From Squalus acanthias (Eukaryota), in the NCBI GenBank assembly GCA_030390025.1, contig CM059452.1, positions 6,634,001 through 6,698,000 on the forward strand: a stretch of 64,000 nucleotides of DNA. Direction: 5' to 3'. The position numbers and the translations under genes are program-made. The notes under the pieces were generated by a model, which saw only the letters and a program-made list of their open reading frames with translations, was not told where the DNA came from and did no database searches. Of the stretch, positions 49,866 to 63,305 are shown piece after piece; the first letter of the stretch is position 1, and each line of letters starts with the position of its first letter.

Positions 49866-50264
49866 AACAAAAAAAGGCCTTTTCTTCCAATCGTCAGTTA
49901 CACACACAGCCGCTCAATTAATTTTGTTTTCCATTTTTGCCAAGGGGAGGGCTGTTTATCTGAAGCAGGATATTTGCCGGTCTCGAGCCCAAGGCTTGTA
50001 CAGCCAGCGCTCCCAGCTCAGATACAACACGGGTTAGAGACAGACTGAAGTTCTTTCATGAAAGGATTCCTCAAAGTCACGTCAGCAACTTTCCTCCCGC
50101 TGGGGGGAATCTGTAAAGTTCCCACTTCCGACAAACAAACGCGGTACATTTAGATCTCGGTGTCCCTGTTTCTCGTGTTGTCCATCCCTTCAGAATTGGG
50201 GCCAATTTTATTTTACAGCATCGCACCCTCTGGGATCTGAAATAAGGCCACACACGAACACAAA

Positions 50265-52515
50265 CTGTACCCCCACTCCTCCACCAGAGAAAGGGGAAAG
50301 GGCAATTGTTAACCCACTGTACCCCCACTCCCCCAGCCGAGAGATGGGAAAGGGCAATTGTTAACCCACTGTATCTCCCTCTCCTCCACCAGAGAGAGGG
50401 GAATGGACAATTGTTAACCCACTGTACCCCCCACTCCCCCACCAGAGAGAGGGTAAAGGGCAATTGTTAACCCACTGTACCTCCCACTCCCCCAACAGAG
50501 AGAGAGGAAAGGGCAATTATTAACCCACTGTACACCCCACTCCCCCAACAGAGAGAGAGGAAAGGGCAATTATTAACCCACTGTACCTCCCACTCCCCCA
50601 CCAGAGAGAGGGGAAAGGGCAATTGTTAACCCACTGTACCCCCACTCCCCCACCAGAGAGAGGGGAATGGGCAATTGTTAACCCACTGCATCTCCCACTC
50701 CCCCACCAGAGAGAGGGCAAAGGGCAATCGTTAACCCGCTGTACCTCCCACTCCCCCACCAGGGAGAGGGGAAAGGGTTATTGTTAACCCACTGTACCGC
50801 CCACTCCCCCACCAGAGAGAGGGGAAAGGGCAATTGTTCACCAACTGTACCTCACACACCCCCACCAGAGAGAGTGGAAAGGACAATTGTTAACCCACTG
50901 TACCTCCCTCTCCCCCAGCAGAGAGAGGGGAAAGGGCAATTGTTCACCAACTGTACACCCCATTCCCGCACCAGAGAGAGTGGAAATGGCCATTGTTATC
51001 CCACTGTGCCTCACACTCCCCCAACAGAGAGAGGGGAAAGGGCAATTGTCAGCCCACTGTACCTCCCATTCCCCCACCAGAGAGAGGGGAAAGGGCAATT
51101 GTTAACCCACTGTACCTCACACTCCCCCACCAGAGAGAGGGGAAAGGGCAATTGTTAACCCACTGTACCTCCCACTCCCCCACCAGCGAGAGGGTAAAGG
51201 GCAATTGTTAATCCATTGTACCTCCCACTCCCTCACCAGAGAGAGGGGAAAGGGCAATTGTTAACCCACTGTACCCCCACTGCCTCACCAGAGAGAGGGG
51301 AAAGGGCAATTGTTAACCCACTGTACCTCACACACCCCCACCAGAGAGAGGGGAAGGGGCAATTGTTAACCAACTGTACCCCCACTCCCACACCCGAGAG
51401 ACGGAAAGGGCAATTGTGAACCCACTGTACCTCCCACTCCCGCACAAGAGAGAGGGGTAAGGGCAATTGTTAACCGAATGTACCCCCACTCCCCCACCAG
51501 GGAGAGTGGAAAGGGCAATTGTTAACCCACTGTACCTCACACACCCCCACCAGAGAGAGTGGAAAGGGCAATTGTTAACCCACTGTACCCCCCACTCCCC
51601 CACCAGAGAGAGGGGAAAGGGCAATTGTTAACCCACTGTACCTCTCACTCCCCCACCAGAGAGAGTGGAAAGGGCAATTGTTAACCCACTGTACCTCACA
51701 CTCTCCCACCAGAGAGAGATGAAAGGGCAATTGTTAACCGACTGTTACCCCACTCCCTCACCAGAGAGAGGGGAAAGGGCAATTGTTAACCCACTATACC
51801 TCACACACCCCCACCAGAGAGAGGGGAAAGGGCAATTGTCAACCAACTGTACCCCCACTCCCCCACCCGAGAGACGGAAAGGGCAATTGTGAACCCACTG
51901 TACCTCCCACTCCCGCACAAGAGACAGGGGTAAGGGCAATTGTTAACCGAATGTACCCCCACTCCCCCACCAGGGAGAGGGGAAAGGGTAATTGTTAACC
52001 CACTGTACCTCTCACTCCCTTACCAGAGAGAGGCGAAAGGGTAATTGTTAACCCACTGTACTCCCACTCCCCCAGCAGAGAGAGGGGAAAGGGTAATTGT
52101 TAACCCACTGTACCTCTCACTCCCGCAACAGAGAGAGGGGAAAGGACAATTGGTAATCCACTCTACCCCCACTCTGCCACCAGAGTGAGGGGAAAGGGCA
52201 ATTGTTAACCCGCTGTACCTCCCACTCCCCCACCAGAGAGAGGGGAAAGGGCAATTATTAACCCAGTGTACCCGCACTCCCCCACCAGAGAGAGAGAGGA
52301 AAGGGCCATTGTTAACCCGCTGTACCTCACGCTCCCTAACCAGAGAGAGGGGGAAGGTCAATTTTTAACCCACTGTACCTCCCAGTCCTCCACCAGAGAG
52401 AGGGTAAAGGGTAATTGTGATCCCACTGCACCTCCCACTCGCTCACCAGAGAGAGGGGGAAGTGCAATTGTGAACCCACTGTCCCTCCCAATCTCCCATC
52501 ATAGAGAGGGGTGGT
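50265..52515. repeat. ~53-bp tandem satellite, ~40 copies, between Cmu4 and TM1
   Basis: Unit CCCACTGTACCTCCCACTCCCCCACCAGAGAGAGGGGAAAGGGCAATTGTTAA. Confidence 0.95.
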
Positions 52516-52637
52516 GAACCAATCTCAATTATATGAACTCAGTTGCCATCAGTAGTAAGTCAGCTTCTAACTCAATGTCCGAAAACATTAATCTTGCCGC
52601 ATGGGAATCATTTTGTGTTATAAATATTTAGTCAACA

Positions 52638-53410
52638 TATTGGCCCAGAAATTAGGCTCCCTGGCTTTCCGCGGGTACAAGGATCCCGCGCGCACCTACC
52701 TACCGTGCCTGCCGTTGACCTCTCGGCCCATGGGGACTTCAGCTCCTGGGCCTCCCCCAACTGCCTGCGCGCAGTGCTTGTGTATCCCAGGGGCGTAGTT
52801 AGTATGATGCGTCCCCTGGGATCACGTGGGCCATGGAGAGCCAATGGCAGCAGACCATCTTTCATTCAATGATTTTACAGGAAGACCTGTCAAATCTTTG
52901 AATTGAAATCGGCCCCAGAACAAAACCTAAATTTCAAATACATCTTTAAAAAACATCACATTTTTAAAATAACTATAAGTTAAATAAATTAACTACTTTA
53001 AACAAAAATTTAAATTTTTGAAAAAATTAAAATTCTTTTTAACAGTGCTAAAAATACACTTACGTTTCTTTAAAGTATCTAAAAAAGATAAACCTGTTGG
53101 AAAAAAATTTAAATTGTAATTAATTAACCACTTACCTTGTTGAAAACGGGTCTCGCGCCTCCTTTTTAAAAGCGCAGCTTCTTCAATACTTACCCTCCCG
53201 GAGAAACCTACAAAAAACCTAAGTTCGTTGCGTGCGCGGAGCCTCTGCCGCGCACGCGGTTCACCTCTGAACCGGTCCCTTCACGTAACCGGTAGTTCCG
53301 TTTTCCCGCGCATGCGTAGTGCATGCAGGAAACCGGCACTTCAGGAGCCTCTCCCGGGTGAGCACACAGCGCGTACTCACCCGGCAAGTGCCGAATTTTT
53401 GGCCCATTAT
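52638..53410. mobile_element. Possible MITE / non-autonomous DNA element
   Basis: Imperfect terminal inverted repeats TTGGCCCAGAAATT ... AATTTTTGGCCCAT, with GC-rich arms around an AT-rich core. Confidence 0.4.
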
Positions 53411-53629
53411 CTTTAACAAGTGCTGGGAGTAAACCTGTCCCTGTTATTTGTAAACTAACAGATTGTATTTTAATAGTCCAAATCTAACTGGTGATTGAAT
53501 CCTCTGCGGGTTTCTCACGGTTGTGTCTCTGATGGTTCTGCGGCCCATCGGTTGAATTATTGCATTCCATCGGTTGACGTCACATTGCGTCTCACACAGA
53601 ACACATTTACACAGAGCGGGGAAGAATGC

Positions 53630-54130
53630 GTGTAAAGTGAGTGTGTCTGTGGTTTATGTGTTTGCGATTTTGTGTAAGTATGTGTGTTTATTGTAAGTGC
53701 ACACTTACACACAAGCACACACAGATTTACACACAAACACACACATTAACACACTGACACCGTATATTACACATACCCAGAATATAATACACAGCGTCAT
53801 TATCAGACCCAGTTATTGGTACTCTCTGAAACTTTGAACAATAGCAAAAATACACACACACAATTACACAAAACACACACAAACACACGCATTCGCACAC
53901 ACACGCTTGCATAAACACATACACAATTACACACAAACACACACACATACAGGCAAACACACACAGTTGCACCTAAATACGCACGTGCTGACACGTAAAT
54001 ATAGACAAACACTTATACAAAACACGCACACACTTAAACATAAATACACACACACTTACACATCAGCACACACATTAACACAGAAACTCAGACTAAACCA
54101 AAACAAAAGTTCGTCGTACACACAAACACA
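53630..54130. repeat. CA/TG-rich low-complexity region
   Basis: Degenerate (CA)n, read directly. Confidence 0.85.
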
Positions 54131-54779
54131 ATCACTAAAGCGCCCAAAAAACGTCAGGCTATCGACGAATGTAGAATTAAAATGCAGTTTTTACGGACAC
54201 AGTCTTCAACGATTGTACTGAATAAATAATTCCTGATAACGTAACATCTCACATTTCTCTATTCTGGTCCTACACATACACTGAATCAATGTTCTTGTTG
54301 GAAACTGATACAAGTTAATTATGTTCAGAGCATTGCCATAAGAAACAAATAAGCAAGATTATAACTCACATCTGATCTCTTTCCCAGCTCCCTTGACAGT
54401 ATCCAAATAACTATCTATAAAAACCTGTCGTTAAAATAATCGATTTTAGTCAGTAAACATCCCTCGATATTTTATCATATTATTCCCGACTGATAAATCG
54501 TACGAAATTAATGCAAAATCAATTTGCGTATGTCATTGAAGAAAAAATGTCATATTGTCCAACACGGACTTTAGGAGGATCATAAAGGAAGATCGGCTGT
54601 GGAGTTAGGAACAGAGATAGATTGCTGAGAGTGATTAAATTAACACAAGAGACACATTAAAAATTAAATTAGAGAACAAACTAATAACTTAAGGAAAAGA
54701 AAGGAGAATATATAATAATAATATGATATCTTGGATTAATAAACGATCTGAATATATTTCCGCCTCTACATCCCCGTAG

Positions 54780-54906
54780 ATTCCTCAGACCACATCTCGA
54801 TTGAAGACTATGAGGAAGAGAACGGCAACATCTGGACAACCGCTTCCACATTCATCATCCTGTTCGTCCTGAGCATTTCTACAGCACTGCCGTCACTCTC
54901 GTGAAG
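54780..54906 (+). CDS. IGHM: IgM transmembrane exon TM1 with -1 frameshift
   Basis: DSSDHISIEDYEEENGNIWTTASTFIILFVLSI, then ATTTCTAC where ATTTTCTAC is needed for IFYSTAVTLVK. As written it reads STALPSLS*. The exon is 127 nt. Confidence 0.9.
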
Positions 54907-54919
54907 GTGAGAAGTGGAA

Positions 54920-55335
54920 GGAGCCGCACCGCGGGATACACTCACTGGAAGGAGACGCACCGTGGGACACACTCACTAGAAGGAGACGCACCGCGGGACA
55001 CACTCACTGGAAGGAGACACACTAAAAGGAGGACGGGATCCAGGAGCGAGAACGAGGCCCAGGAGCGAGTTCGGGACCCAGGAGCGAGGTCGAGGCCCAG
55101 GAGCGAGGTCGGGACCCAGGAGCGAGGACAAGACCCAGGGGCGAGGTCGAGGCCCAGGAGCGAGGACGAGGCCCAGGGACGAGTACGGAGCCCAGGAGCG
55201 AGATCTAGGCCCAGGAGCGAGGTCGGGACCCAGGAGCGAGAACGGGGCCCAGGAGCGAGGTCGGGACCCAGGAGCGAGGACGAGGCCCAGGAGCGAGGAC
55301 GAGCCCAGCAGCGAGGTCGAGGCCCAGGAGTGGCG
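54920..55335. repeat. Short tandem repeats (29-bp and ~19-bp GC-rich units)
   Basis: GCACCGCGGGACACACTCACTGGAAGGAGAC x3, then CCCAGGAGCGAGG... about 15 times. Confidence 0.9.
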
Positions 55336-55459
55336 CAGCGTGGACCAGCAGCGGGGTCGGGGGGACCACACTGCAGCGTGTGAAACCCAGGCAGAGAGGA
55401 CCTGCGGGAGGAGGGAGGAGGGCAGTTGGAGTATGTTTGTGTGTGTGTGCTCGGCCGAT

Positions 55460-58400
55460 GTAGCAGAGCCTGGTCTCCAATCGTCTTGGATCCCCTTTCC
55501 ATTGGACCAAGACCTTGCTTTGTCAAGCCCGTGTGGTAGCTGGTGTGCAATGGCCACCCCACGTTAAAAGAATTCACGCACAGGCATTTTCCACCCTTTA
55601 AAATGAAGTTCGGGTCCTGGAACGTCAGGACTCTCATGGACAACCCCAACAGTGACAGACTGGAAGGCCGTACTGCTATTGTTGCCCGGGAGCTCAGACG
55701 TTTCGACATGGACATCGCCGCCCTAAGCGAGACCCGGTGGGCAGGGGAAGGCCAGCTCAAGGAGCAAGGTGGTGGTTACACCTTCTTCTGGAAAGGCAAA
55801 CCTGAAGAAGAACGCCGTCTCCATGGGATAGGCTTCGCCATAAAAAATGAGCTAGTTGAATGTCTCAGAGACTCCCCTTGTGGAATAAACAAACGCCTCA
55901 TGACTCTACGGCTCACCCTAGCCCAGAATCAGTGCGCTACGGTCATCAGTGCATACGCCCCAACACTGGAAGCCACAGAGGAGACCAAAGAGGAAGTGTA
56001 CTTCAGTCTCCAACAATCCCTGTCCCGAGTCCCAAAGGGCGACAAGCTGATCCTCCTCGGCGACTTCAACATCAGAGTTGGAAAGGACACAGACCTCTGG
56101 GGAGGTGTGATCGGCAGAGAAGGGGTAGGGAAAGCCAACTCCAACGGTACCCTCCTGACGAAATGCTTAGAACCTGGCCTTGTCAAAACCAACACTTTGT
56201 TCCGTCAGAGAGACAGGTACAAGGCTTCAAGGCAACACCCTCGGTCCAAGCACTGGCATCTGCTGGACTACGTCATCGTCCGAGCAAGGATGTCCACATC
56301 ACCCGCGCCATGACAGGAGCTGACGACTGCTGGACAGACCACCGCCTAATCTGCTCTGTCATCTCCATCAATGTAGCCCCAAAACAGCGTCAGCAACAGA
56401 AATAATGGCGCAGGAAAATCAACGCTGGAGCACTCAAACACCCTGCTGAGAAAGCCCTATTCAGGCTGCGCCTCAAAAACAACGTGACGGCTCCCAGTAA
56501 TGCAGAGACAAAAGTGTCCACAGCGCTTGGTCTGCACTCAAGGCCTCCATAATCAGCACATGTGAACAGACACTCGGTCACTCGACCAGGAAACACCAAG
56601 ACTGGTTCGACGAGAACGACCAGGAGATCCAGGAGCTAATAAGCCGCAAGCGCAAGGCATTCCTGATCTGGAAGCAGAAACAGAACAAGAGAGCAAGAAA
56701 GCAGCTCTACAGACGCCTGAAGGCCGAGGTCCAACAAAAACTCGCGACCTAAAGAACAGATAGTGGGTGGATAAAGCGCAGGAGATCCAGCAGCTAGCCG
56801 ACAATCACGACGTGCGTAGATTCTTTAGCACAGTCAAGACCATCTACGGCCCAAGCACCCAAGGCCCTACCCCACTGCGGGCCAAGAACGGAGAGGTACT
56901 CATCAAGGACAGAGAGGCAGTCAGTGCCCACTGGAAGGAGCACTTCGAAGATTTCCTTAACCGAGACTCTGTCTTCGAAGCGAGTGTCCTCAACTCCATC
57001 CAGCAGCACGCTACCCGCAACCACCTCAGCACAACCCCAGCCTGGCATGAGGTTGAAAAGGCCATCCGACAACTGAAGGACAACAAGGCCTCAGGAGCAG
57101 ATGGAATCCCCACCGAGGCGCTGAAGCATGGCGGAGAAACACTATTGGCGCGAATACATGAACTCATTTCTCTTATTTGGAAGAAGGAGAGCATGCCTGG
57201 GGATCTCAGAGATGCCGTAATGGTGACCATCCTCAAGAAAGGTGACAAGTCCGATTGCGGTAATTACAGAGGAGTCTCCCTGCTGACTGCCACAAGGAAA
57301 GTCATCGCAAGAATCCTCCTCAATCGCCTTCTCCCAGTGGCTGAAGAGCTCCTCCCAGAGTCGCAATGAGGATTCCGCCCACTAAGGGGCACAATGGACA
57401 TGATCTTCACCACACGTCAATTACAAGAGAAATGCAGGGAACAGCACCAACCGCTGTACATCGCCTTCTTTGACCTCACAAAGGCCTTCGACACTGTCAA
57501 CCGTGAGGGATTATGGAGTATCCTCCGCAAATTCGGCTGCCCTCAAAAGTTTGTCACCATCCTCCGCCTGCTTCACGATGACATGCAAGCCAGGATCCTG
57601 ACCAACGGATCTACCACAGACCTAATTCACGTACGAAGCGTATCAAGCAAGGCTGTGTCATCGTACCAACGCGCTTCTCGATCTTCCTGGCTGCAATGCT
57701 CCATCTCACCCTCAGTAAGCTCCCCGCTAGAGTGGAGCTAATCTACAGAACAAACAGAAAACTGTTCAACCTCCGTCGCCTCCAGTCCAGATCCAAGGTC
57801 GTCCCATCCTCTGTCATCGAATTTACAGTATGCAGACGACGCTTGCGTCTGCGCTCACTCTGAGGCCGAACTCCAAACTATCGTCAACACCTTCACCGAA
57901 GCATACGAGAGCATGGGCCTTTCACTAAACATCCGGAAGACAAAGGTCCTCTACCAATCTGCCCTCGCCACACAATACTGCCCCCTGATTATCAAAATCC
58001 ATGACGAGGCCTTGGACAACGTGGACCACTTTCCATACCTCGACAGCCTACTGTCAACAATGGCAGACGTCGATGACGAAGACCAACACCGCCTTCAGTG
58101 TGCCAGTGCAGCCTTCGGTCGCCTGAGGAAGAGAGTGTTTGAAGACCAGGGCCACAAACCCAGCACCAAGCTCATGGTCTACAGAGCAGCAGTGATACCC
58201 GCCCTGCTGTATGCCTCAGAGACATGGACCATGTACAGCAGGCACCTCAAAGCACTGGAGAGGTACCACCAACGCACCTCCGCAAGATCCTGCAAATCCA
58301 TTGGCAGGATAGGCGCACCAACGTCAGTGTGCTTGCTCAGGCCAACATCCCCAGCATCGAAGCTTTGACCACACTTGATCAGCTCCGATGGACGGGTCAC

Positions 58401-58832
58401 ATCGTCCGCATGCCCGATACGAGACTCCTAAAACAAGCGCTCTACTCGGAGCTCCGGCACGGCAAGAGAGCCCCAGGTGGGCAGAAGAAACGCTTCCAGG
58501 ACACCCTCAAAGCCTCCTTGAAAAAGTGCAACATCCCCACCGATACCTGGGAATCCCTGGTCCAAGATCACACAAAGTGGAGAAGAAGCATCCGTGAAGG
58601 CGCCGAACACCTCGAGTCTCTTCGCCGGGAGCAAGCGGAAGCCAAGCGCAAAGAGCAGAAGGAGCGCACGTCAACCCAAGCACCCCACCCACCCGCCCCT
58701 TCAACCACCGTCTGCCCCACCTGTGACAGAGACTGTAGGTCCCGCATTGGGCTCATCAGTCACCTGAGAACCCATTGTTAGTGTGGAAACAAGTCATCCT
58801 CGGTTCCCAGGGACTGCCTAAGATGAGAAGAA
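55460..58832 (+). mobile_element. Near full-length RTE-clade LINE (disrupted) in the TM1-TM2 intron
   Basis: GSWNVRTL...ALSETR, SAYAPT, GDFN (endonuclease); NYRGVSLL, FFDLTKAFD, YADD (RT); C-terminal CPTC...HLRTH. Several stops and frameshifts. Confidence 0.92.
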
Positions 58833-58963
58833 GTTGAAAAGACTCAATCCATTCACACTTCAATCTGACTGAAGCGGTTTGACAAAGTTTCATTGATAAA
58901 TCCCTGAGATAAATGCCACAAACCACTAAATCTCTGCTTCATTCTTTTATCTCTCTGTCACAG

Positions 58964-58972
58964 GTGAAGTGA
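58964..58972 (+). CDS. IGHM: IgM TM2 exon (VK-stop)
   Basis: Polypyrimidine tract and CAG|GTGAAGTGA. Confidence 0.88.
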   Translation: MK

Positions 58973-60499
58973 ACGGTTGAATTTGGACGCCGTGGATTTT
59001 CCTCCTTTGTTTATTAACATCTCTGTGTCATGAAAATAAAATATGTCCTCTTGGTGATTCTCAGAGTCAAATGCCTTCAGTTAATAGATCCGAATCTGTA
59101 GCTGAGAAAATCATAACCGGGATTTCCGTCTCTGTGTTTGAAATGTGTGAGATCATCGTGACCATAATGTAAATGCATCTTACAGTTGTTTGAATGTTTC
59201 ATGTGTAAATAATAACTTTTCTCGTTCCTAATCCACGATTGTTCCCTTCCCTTTATGTAGAGCCCCTGTTTTCTCTCTGGTGTCTGTTACAGTTGTACAG
59301 ATAACTGGCAGCTCAGACCGCCTGTGATCTGGTCTCAATGTGACGCTCAGTTGTTATATTCACTTTGATGTTAACTTTTTAAAAACTTCTCTGTAAATTG
59401 TTCTCTGTGAAATTATTAATAAATCTGGAATGACAAATTAACTAACTTGGACTTTGCTGAATTCCTTTCTCCAAGGCTCCTCCACACCGCTCCCTTTTGC
59501 CTATCACACTTTGTTTTATTTCCCTGACAGGTATTTTTCACCCGTCCTGTCTGGGTTGTATTTGAACCCAAGTCTCTCCCGTTAAGGAGCCACTGCGCCA
59601 CCCAGTGTCCCATCAGAGTAACGACACCTTTACCCCTGCCTTTTCATGTCAAGGCCCAGAGGCGGAATGACTGCACAGCGACCTCGCAGTCCCCTCTAAT
59701 ATTATGGTCTGTCACAGTCACATGACAGGTTCTATTACAGAGCAGGGCTCTGCTCCATCACAGCCCTTCAGTACAGTACATGGCAGAGTAAATCTCCCTC
59801 TACACTGTCCCTACATTACAACAGTGATTACACTTCAAAAAGTACTTAATTGGCTGTGAAACGCTTTGCGACGTCCGGTGGTCGTGAAAGGCGCTAAATA
59901 AATGCAAGGCTTTCTGTCTTCTTTCTTTCTTTCCCATCAAACACGCCCAGGGAAGGTACAGCATGGGTTAGATATCTGACACAGGCACACCAGGAAGCAC
60001 AAACACTGGGAATGATTCCCAGAGACTGGGCCGAACTGACACAAAGACTCTATCGCCATTTTTTTTGTTTACACACACTCAGACACCCAAGGCAGAGAGG
60101 AAAGAAGGAGAGACTGTATTTGATAGAGAGCAGGTGGGGGATCACGCGGTGTCCACAGGTACATTTGCAGCTTTCTGTGGCCGGTGGTCACCGCTGAATA
60201 CAGGTTGTGTGATAAACGAGCAAAATTCAATTATTATGGAATATTATTTTAGTTTTGTTCAGCCAAGTGTGAGAGTGGAGCTCACCTCTCGGGCTGGGCA
60301 CCATAGAATGTATTTTTGTTTTGGATTCGCCCCTTTAAAGGAGACCCGAGTCCAAATGGTTCACACGGACCGATGAATAAAGTAGGCCGAGCTCTGTGGT
60401 AACCAGTTCCAACCCTTCTCCAATCTGAGCCAGACACATTAACCCTGACCCTCTGTCTCCTGTATCCCTGACGACCTGTCTACTTGCACTGCTCAATTC

Positions 60500-60690
60500 C
60501 CTCTCATACCATCGACCCGAACTCACTGAACATCACCCCAGGGATCCTATCTTCCTGCTCTCCTCCATTCCCTCTGACACCATCTACCTGAACTCACCTA
60601 ACTTCACCCCAGGGATCATTTCTTGCTGCTCTGCTCAATGCCCTCTGATACCATCTACCCGAACTCACTGAACATCACTCCAGGGATCCG
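60500..60690. repeat. Short tandem repeat (~70-bp unit, 3 copies)
   Basis: CCATCTACCCGAACTCACTGAACATCACCCCAGGGATC repeated. Confidence 0.75.
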
Positions 60691-61734
60691 TCAATGACCT
60701 TCAGACCTTCTCTCCCTGTTTCACTGAAGTTTCGCTCCTCCTCCTTCACCGTCTTATCGGATTCTTTCGGAGCCTCCCGGCCACCTGAACATCTCCAGAT
60801 GTTTCTGGCCAGGCCCGAGTATCTTCCAGAATGTTCCTTCTGCTGGGGCGCTGCTTTTCCTCGAAACTCCCGGAGCTCAAGCGTGATATCTCTTGTGGTT
60901 GAATAGCACATCAGGGTAAGGGAGGGAAGAATTAGCGGCCCTTCTGCAGGGCTCGGAAGGAAGTTTGGGAATGGATGGAGTTGGTGTTTAAACTGTCTCT
61001 GCCGCAGTTTCTCTCCCTCCCCTCTAAGCTACAATTACTTTTAGCAACCATCACTTTGTCCCCCCGTCCCTGTCCTGACCCGAGGCTCGGTGACTCTCTG
61101 GCGGTGCAGGGCCCCTTTAAGACGCCCCGGGATGACACATCCCCCCGGTGTCGCAGCCCCGAGTCAGGGGTCACAGACTGCACAAACAGGGGGTCTTTAG
61201 CTCTGACTGGACGCTGTAGACTGCCCCTGACTCTGACCGTGACTGAATGTGAAAAGCATTCAATTACGGTACTGTGACGTTTAGAATGGATTGTGGCGTC
61301 ATCCACTGCAGGGCAAAGCGGCGGCGGCCATGTTTGTGCGATGTGACGTGTGACTTCAATTCCCACGAAAGAAACAGTCTCCCTTTCTTAATAAAAAGGA
61401 GAAAATATGCGACAGAGTTACAAATACAGATAACGACTTTTAACAGGGTTGGCGAGTGGCGCATGTGTGAACAGTTCTCCCATAGTGCAGCGCGGCCCGT
61501 GGTCCACAAAGGACCTTTCCTGGCCCGCTGTGCATTGTGGGAAGCTCTGTCCTTCATGGCCGCTTTAATCATTGACAGGGTGTGATCTAACTGAACCACT
61601 GAATGGCAATTTATTCCAGCCTCCAGAGGGAAAACTGAAGCACGGACAGAGCTCATTAAATATCCGGGTTCGAAGGAATACACGGAATGAAATAACACAC
61701 ACAGGCAGAATATGGGAACCAGATCCTGTCCTAT

Positions 61735-62920
61735 AGGTGAGGTGAGAGTGACTGCCCTTGACATCAAGGCAGCATTTGACCGAGTCTGGCACCAAGGAGC
61801 CCTAGTAAAACTAAGGTCAATGGGAATTGGGGGGAAACTCGCCACTGGCTGGAATCATACCTAGCACAAAGGAAGATGGTTGTGGTGGTTGGAGGTCAAT
61901 CATCACAGCCCCAGGACATCGCTGCAGGAGTTCCTCAGGGCAGTGTCCGAGGCCCAACCATCTTCAACTGCTTCATCAATGACCTTCCCTCCAACATAAG
62001 GTCAGAAATGGGGATGTTCGCTGATGACGGCACTGTGTTCAGTGCCATTCACAAGTCCTCAGATAATGAAAGAGTCCATGGCCGCATGCAACAAGACCTG
62101 TACGACTTTCAGGCTTGGGCTGATAAGTGGCAGGTAATATTCACGCCACTGAAGTGCCAGGCAATGGCTATCTCCAGCAAGCGAGAGTCTAACCACCGCC
62201 GTTTGACATTCAACGGTATTACCATCGCCGAATCCTCCACCATCAACATCCTGGGATTCACCATTAACCAGAAACTTAACTGGACCAGCCACATAAATAC
62301 TGTGGCAACAAGAGCAGGTAAGAGGCTGGGTATTCTGCAGCGAGTGTCTCACCTCCTGACTCCCCAAAGCCTTTCCACCATCTACATGGTACAAGTAAGG
62401 AGTGTGATGGAATACTCTCCAATTGCCTGGATGAGTGCAGCTCCAACAACACTCTGGAAATTCGACACTATCCAGGACAAGCAGCCCACTTGATTGGCAC
62501 CCCATCCACCACCTTAAACATTCACTCCCTCCACCACCGGCAGTACCGTGGCTGCAGTGTGTACCATCTACAAGATGCACTGCAGCAACTCGCCAAGGCT
62601 TCTTCGGCAGCACCTCCCAAACCCACGACCTCTTCCACCTAGAAGGACAAGGGCTGCAGGCGCATGGGAAGACCACCACCTCCAAGTTCCCCTCCAAGTC
62701 ACATACCATCTTGAATTAGAAGTATATCGCCGACCCTTCATCGTCGCTGGGTCAAAATCCTGGAACTCGCTCCCTAACAGCACTGTGGGAGTACCTTTAC
62801 CACACGGACTGCAGCGGTTCAAGAAGGCGGCTCAGCAGCGCCTTCTCAAGGGCAATTAGGGATGGGCAATAAATGATGGCCTTGCCAGTGACGCCCACAT
62901 CCCATAAACGAATAAAAAAA
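61735..62920 (+). mobile_element. Non-LTR retrotransposon (CR1/L2-group), RT to 3' end
   Basis: ALDIKAAFDRVWH, GVPQGSV.GP, MFADD, and an AATAAAAAAA tail. Confidence 0.9.
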
Positions 62921-63305
62921 TCGGAGCGACCAGCAGGAAGTTCCTGGCGTTGTCAGCAACCTCTTTCTCGGAGCTGATCTGAACATCGATCCATGACTTT
63001 AATGGGAAAACAGCTGATCAGAAGCAGAAAGGACAGTTTAACCGGTCGGTTCATCCTGTGATCGAAATTTTGGGCCGACTGGATTCTGCAGTTTCATTTC
63101 TCGGCCGCTCCTGGAAACAGTTGGGTGACAGTTTGATCCGAGGTTAATTTGGTTTCCTCTCGGTGTGTGTTTGAGCGCCTGACAGCGCGCTGCTCATTGT
63201 GGCTGCATCTGCCCGCGATTCCACACAACCCCAACAGACAGGAGCTCCGCCCTACAGTCCAATGGCAGTTTTTGTACGGGGCTGAGACTGCTTTCCATCA
63301 CTGTG

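Noticed and set aside
50077-55760. Many ORFs in the satellite, CA-rich and GC-rich repeat tracts
   Set aside because: These are translations of tandem repeats or antisense LINE frames with no gene structure.
60675-61620. GC-rich stretch with short ORFs and CRE/YY1-like motifs
   Set aside because: No recognisable protein family or splice structure, so it cannot be called.
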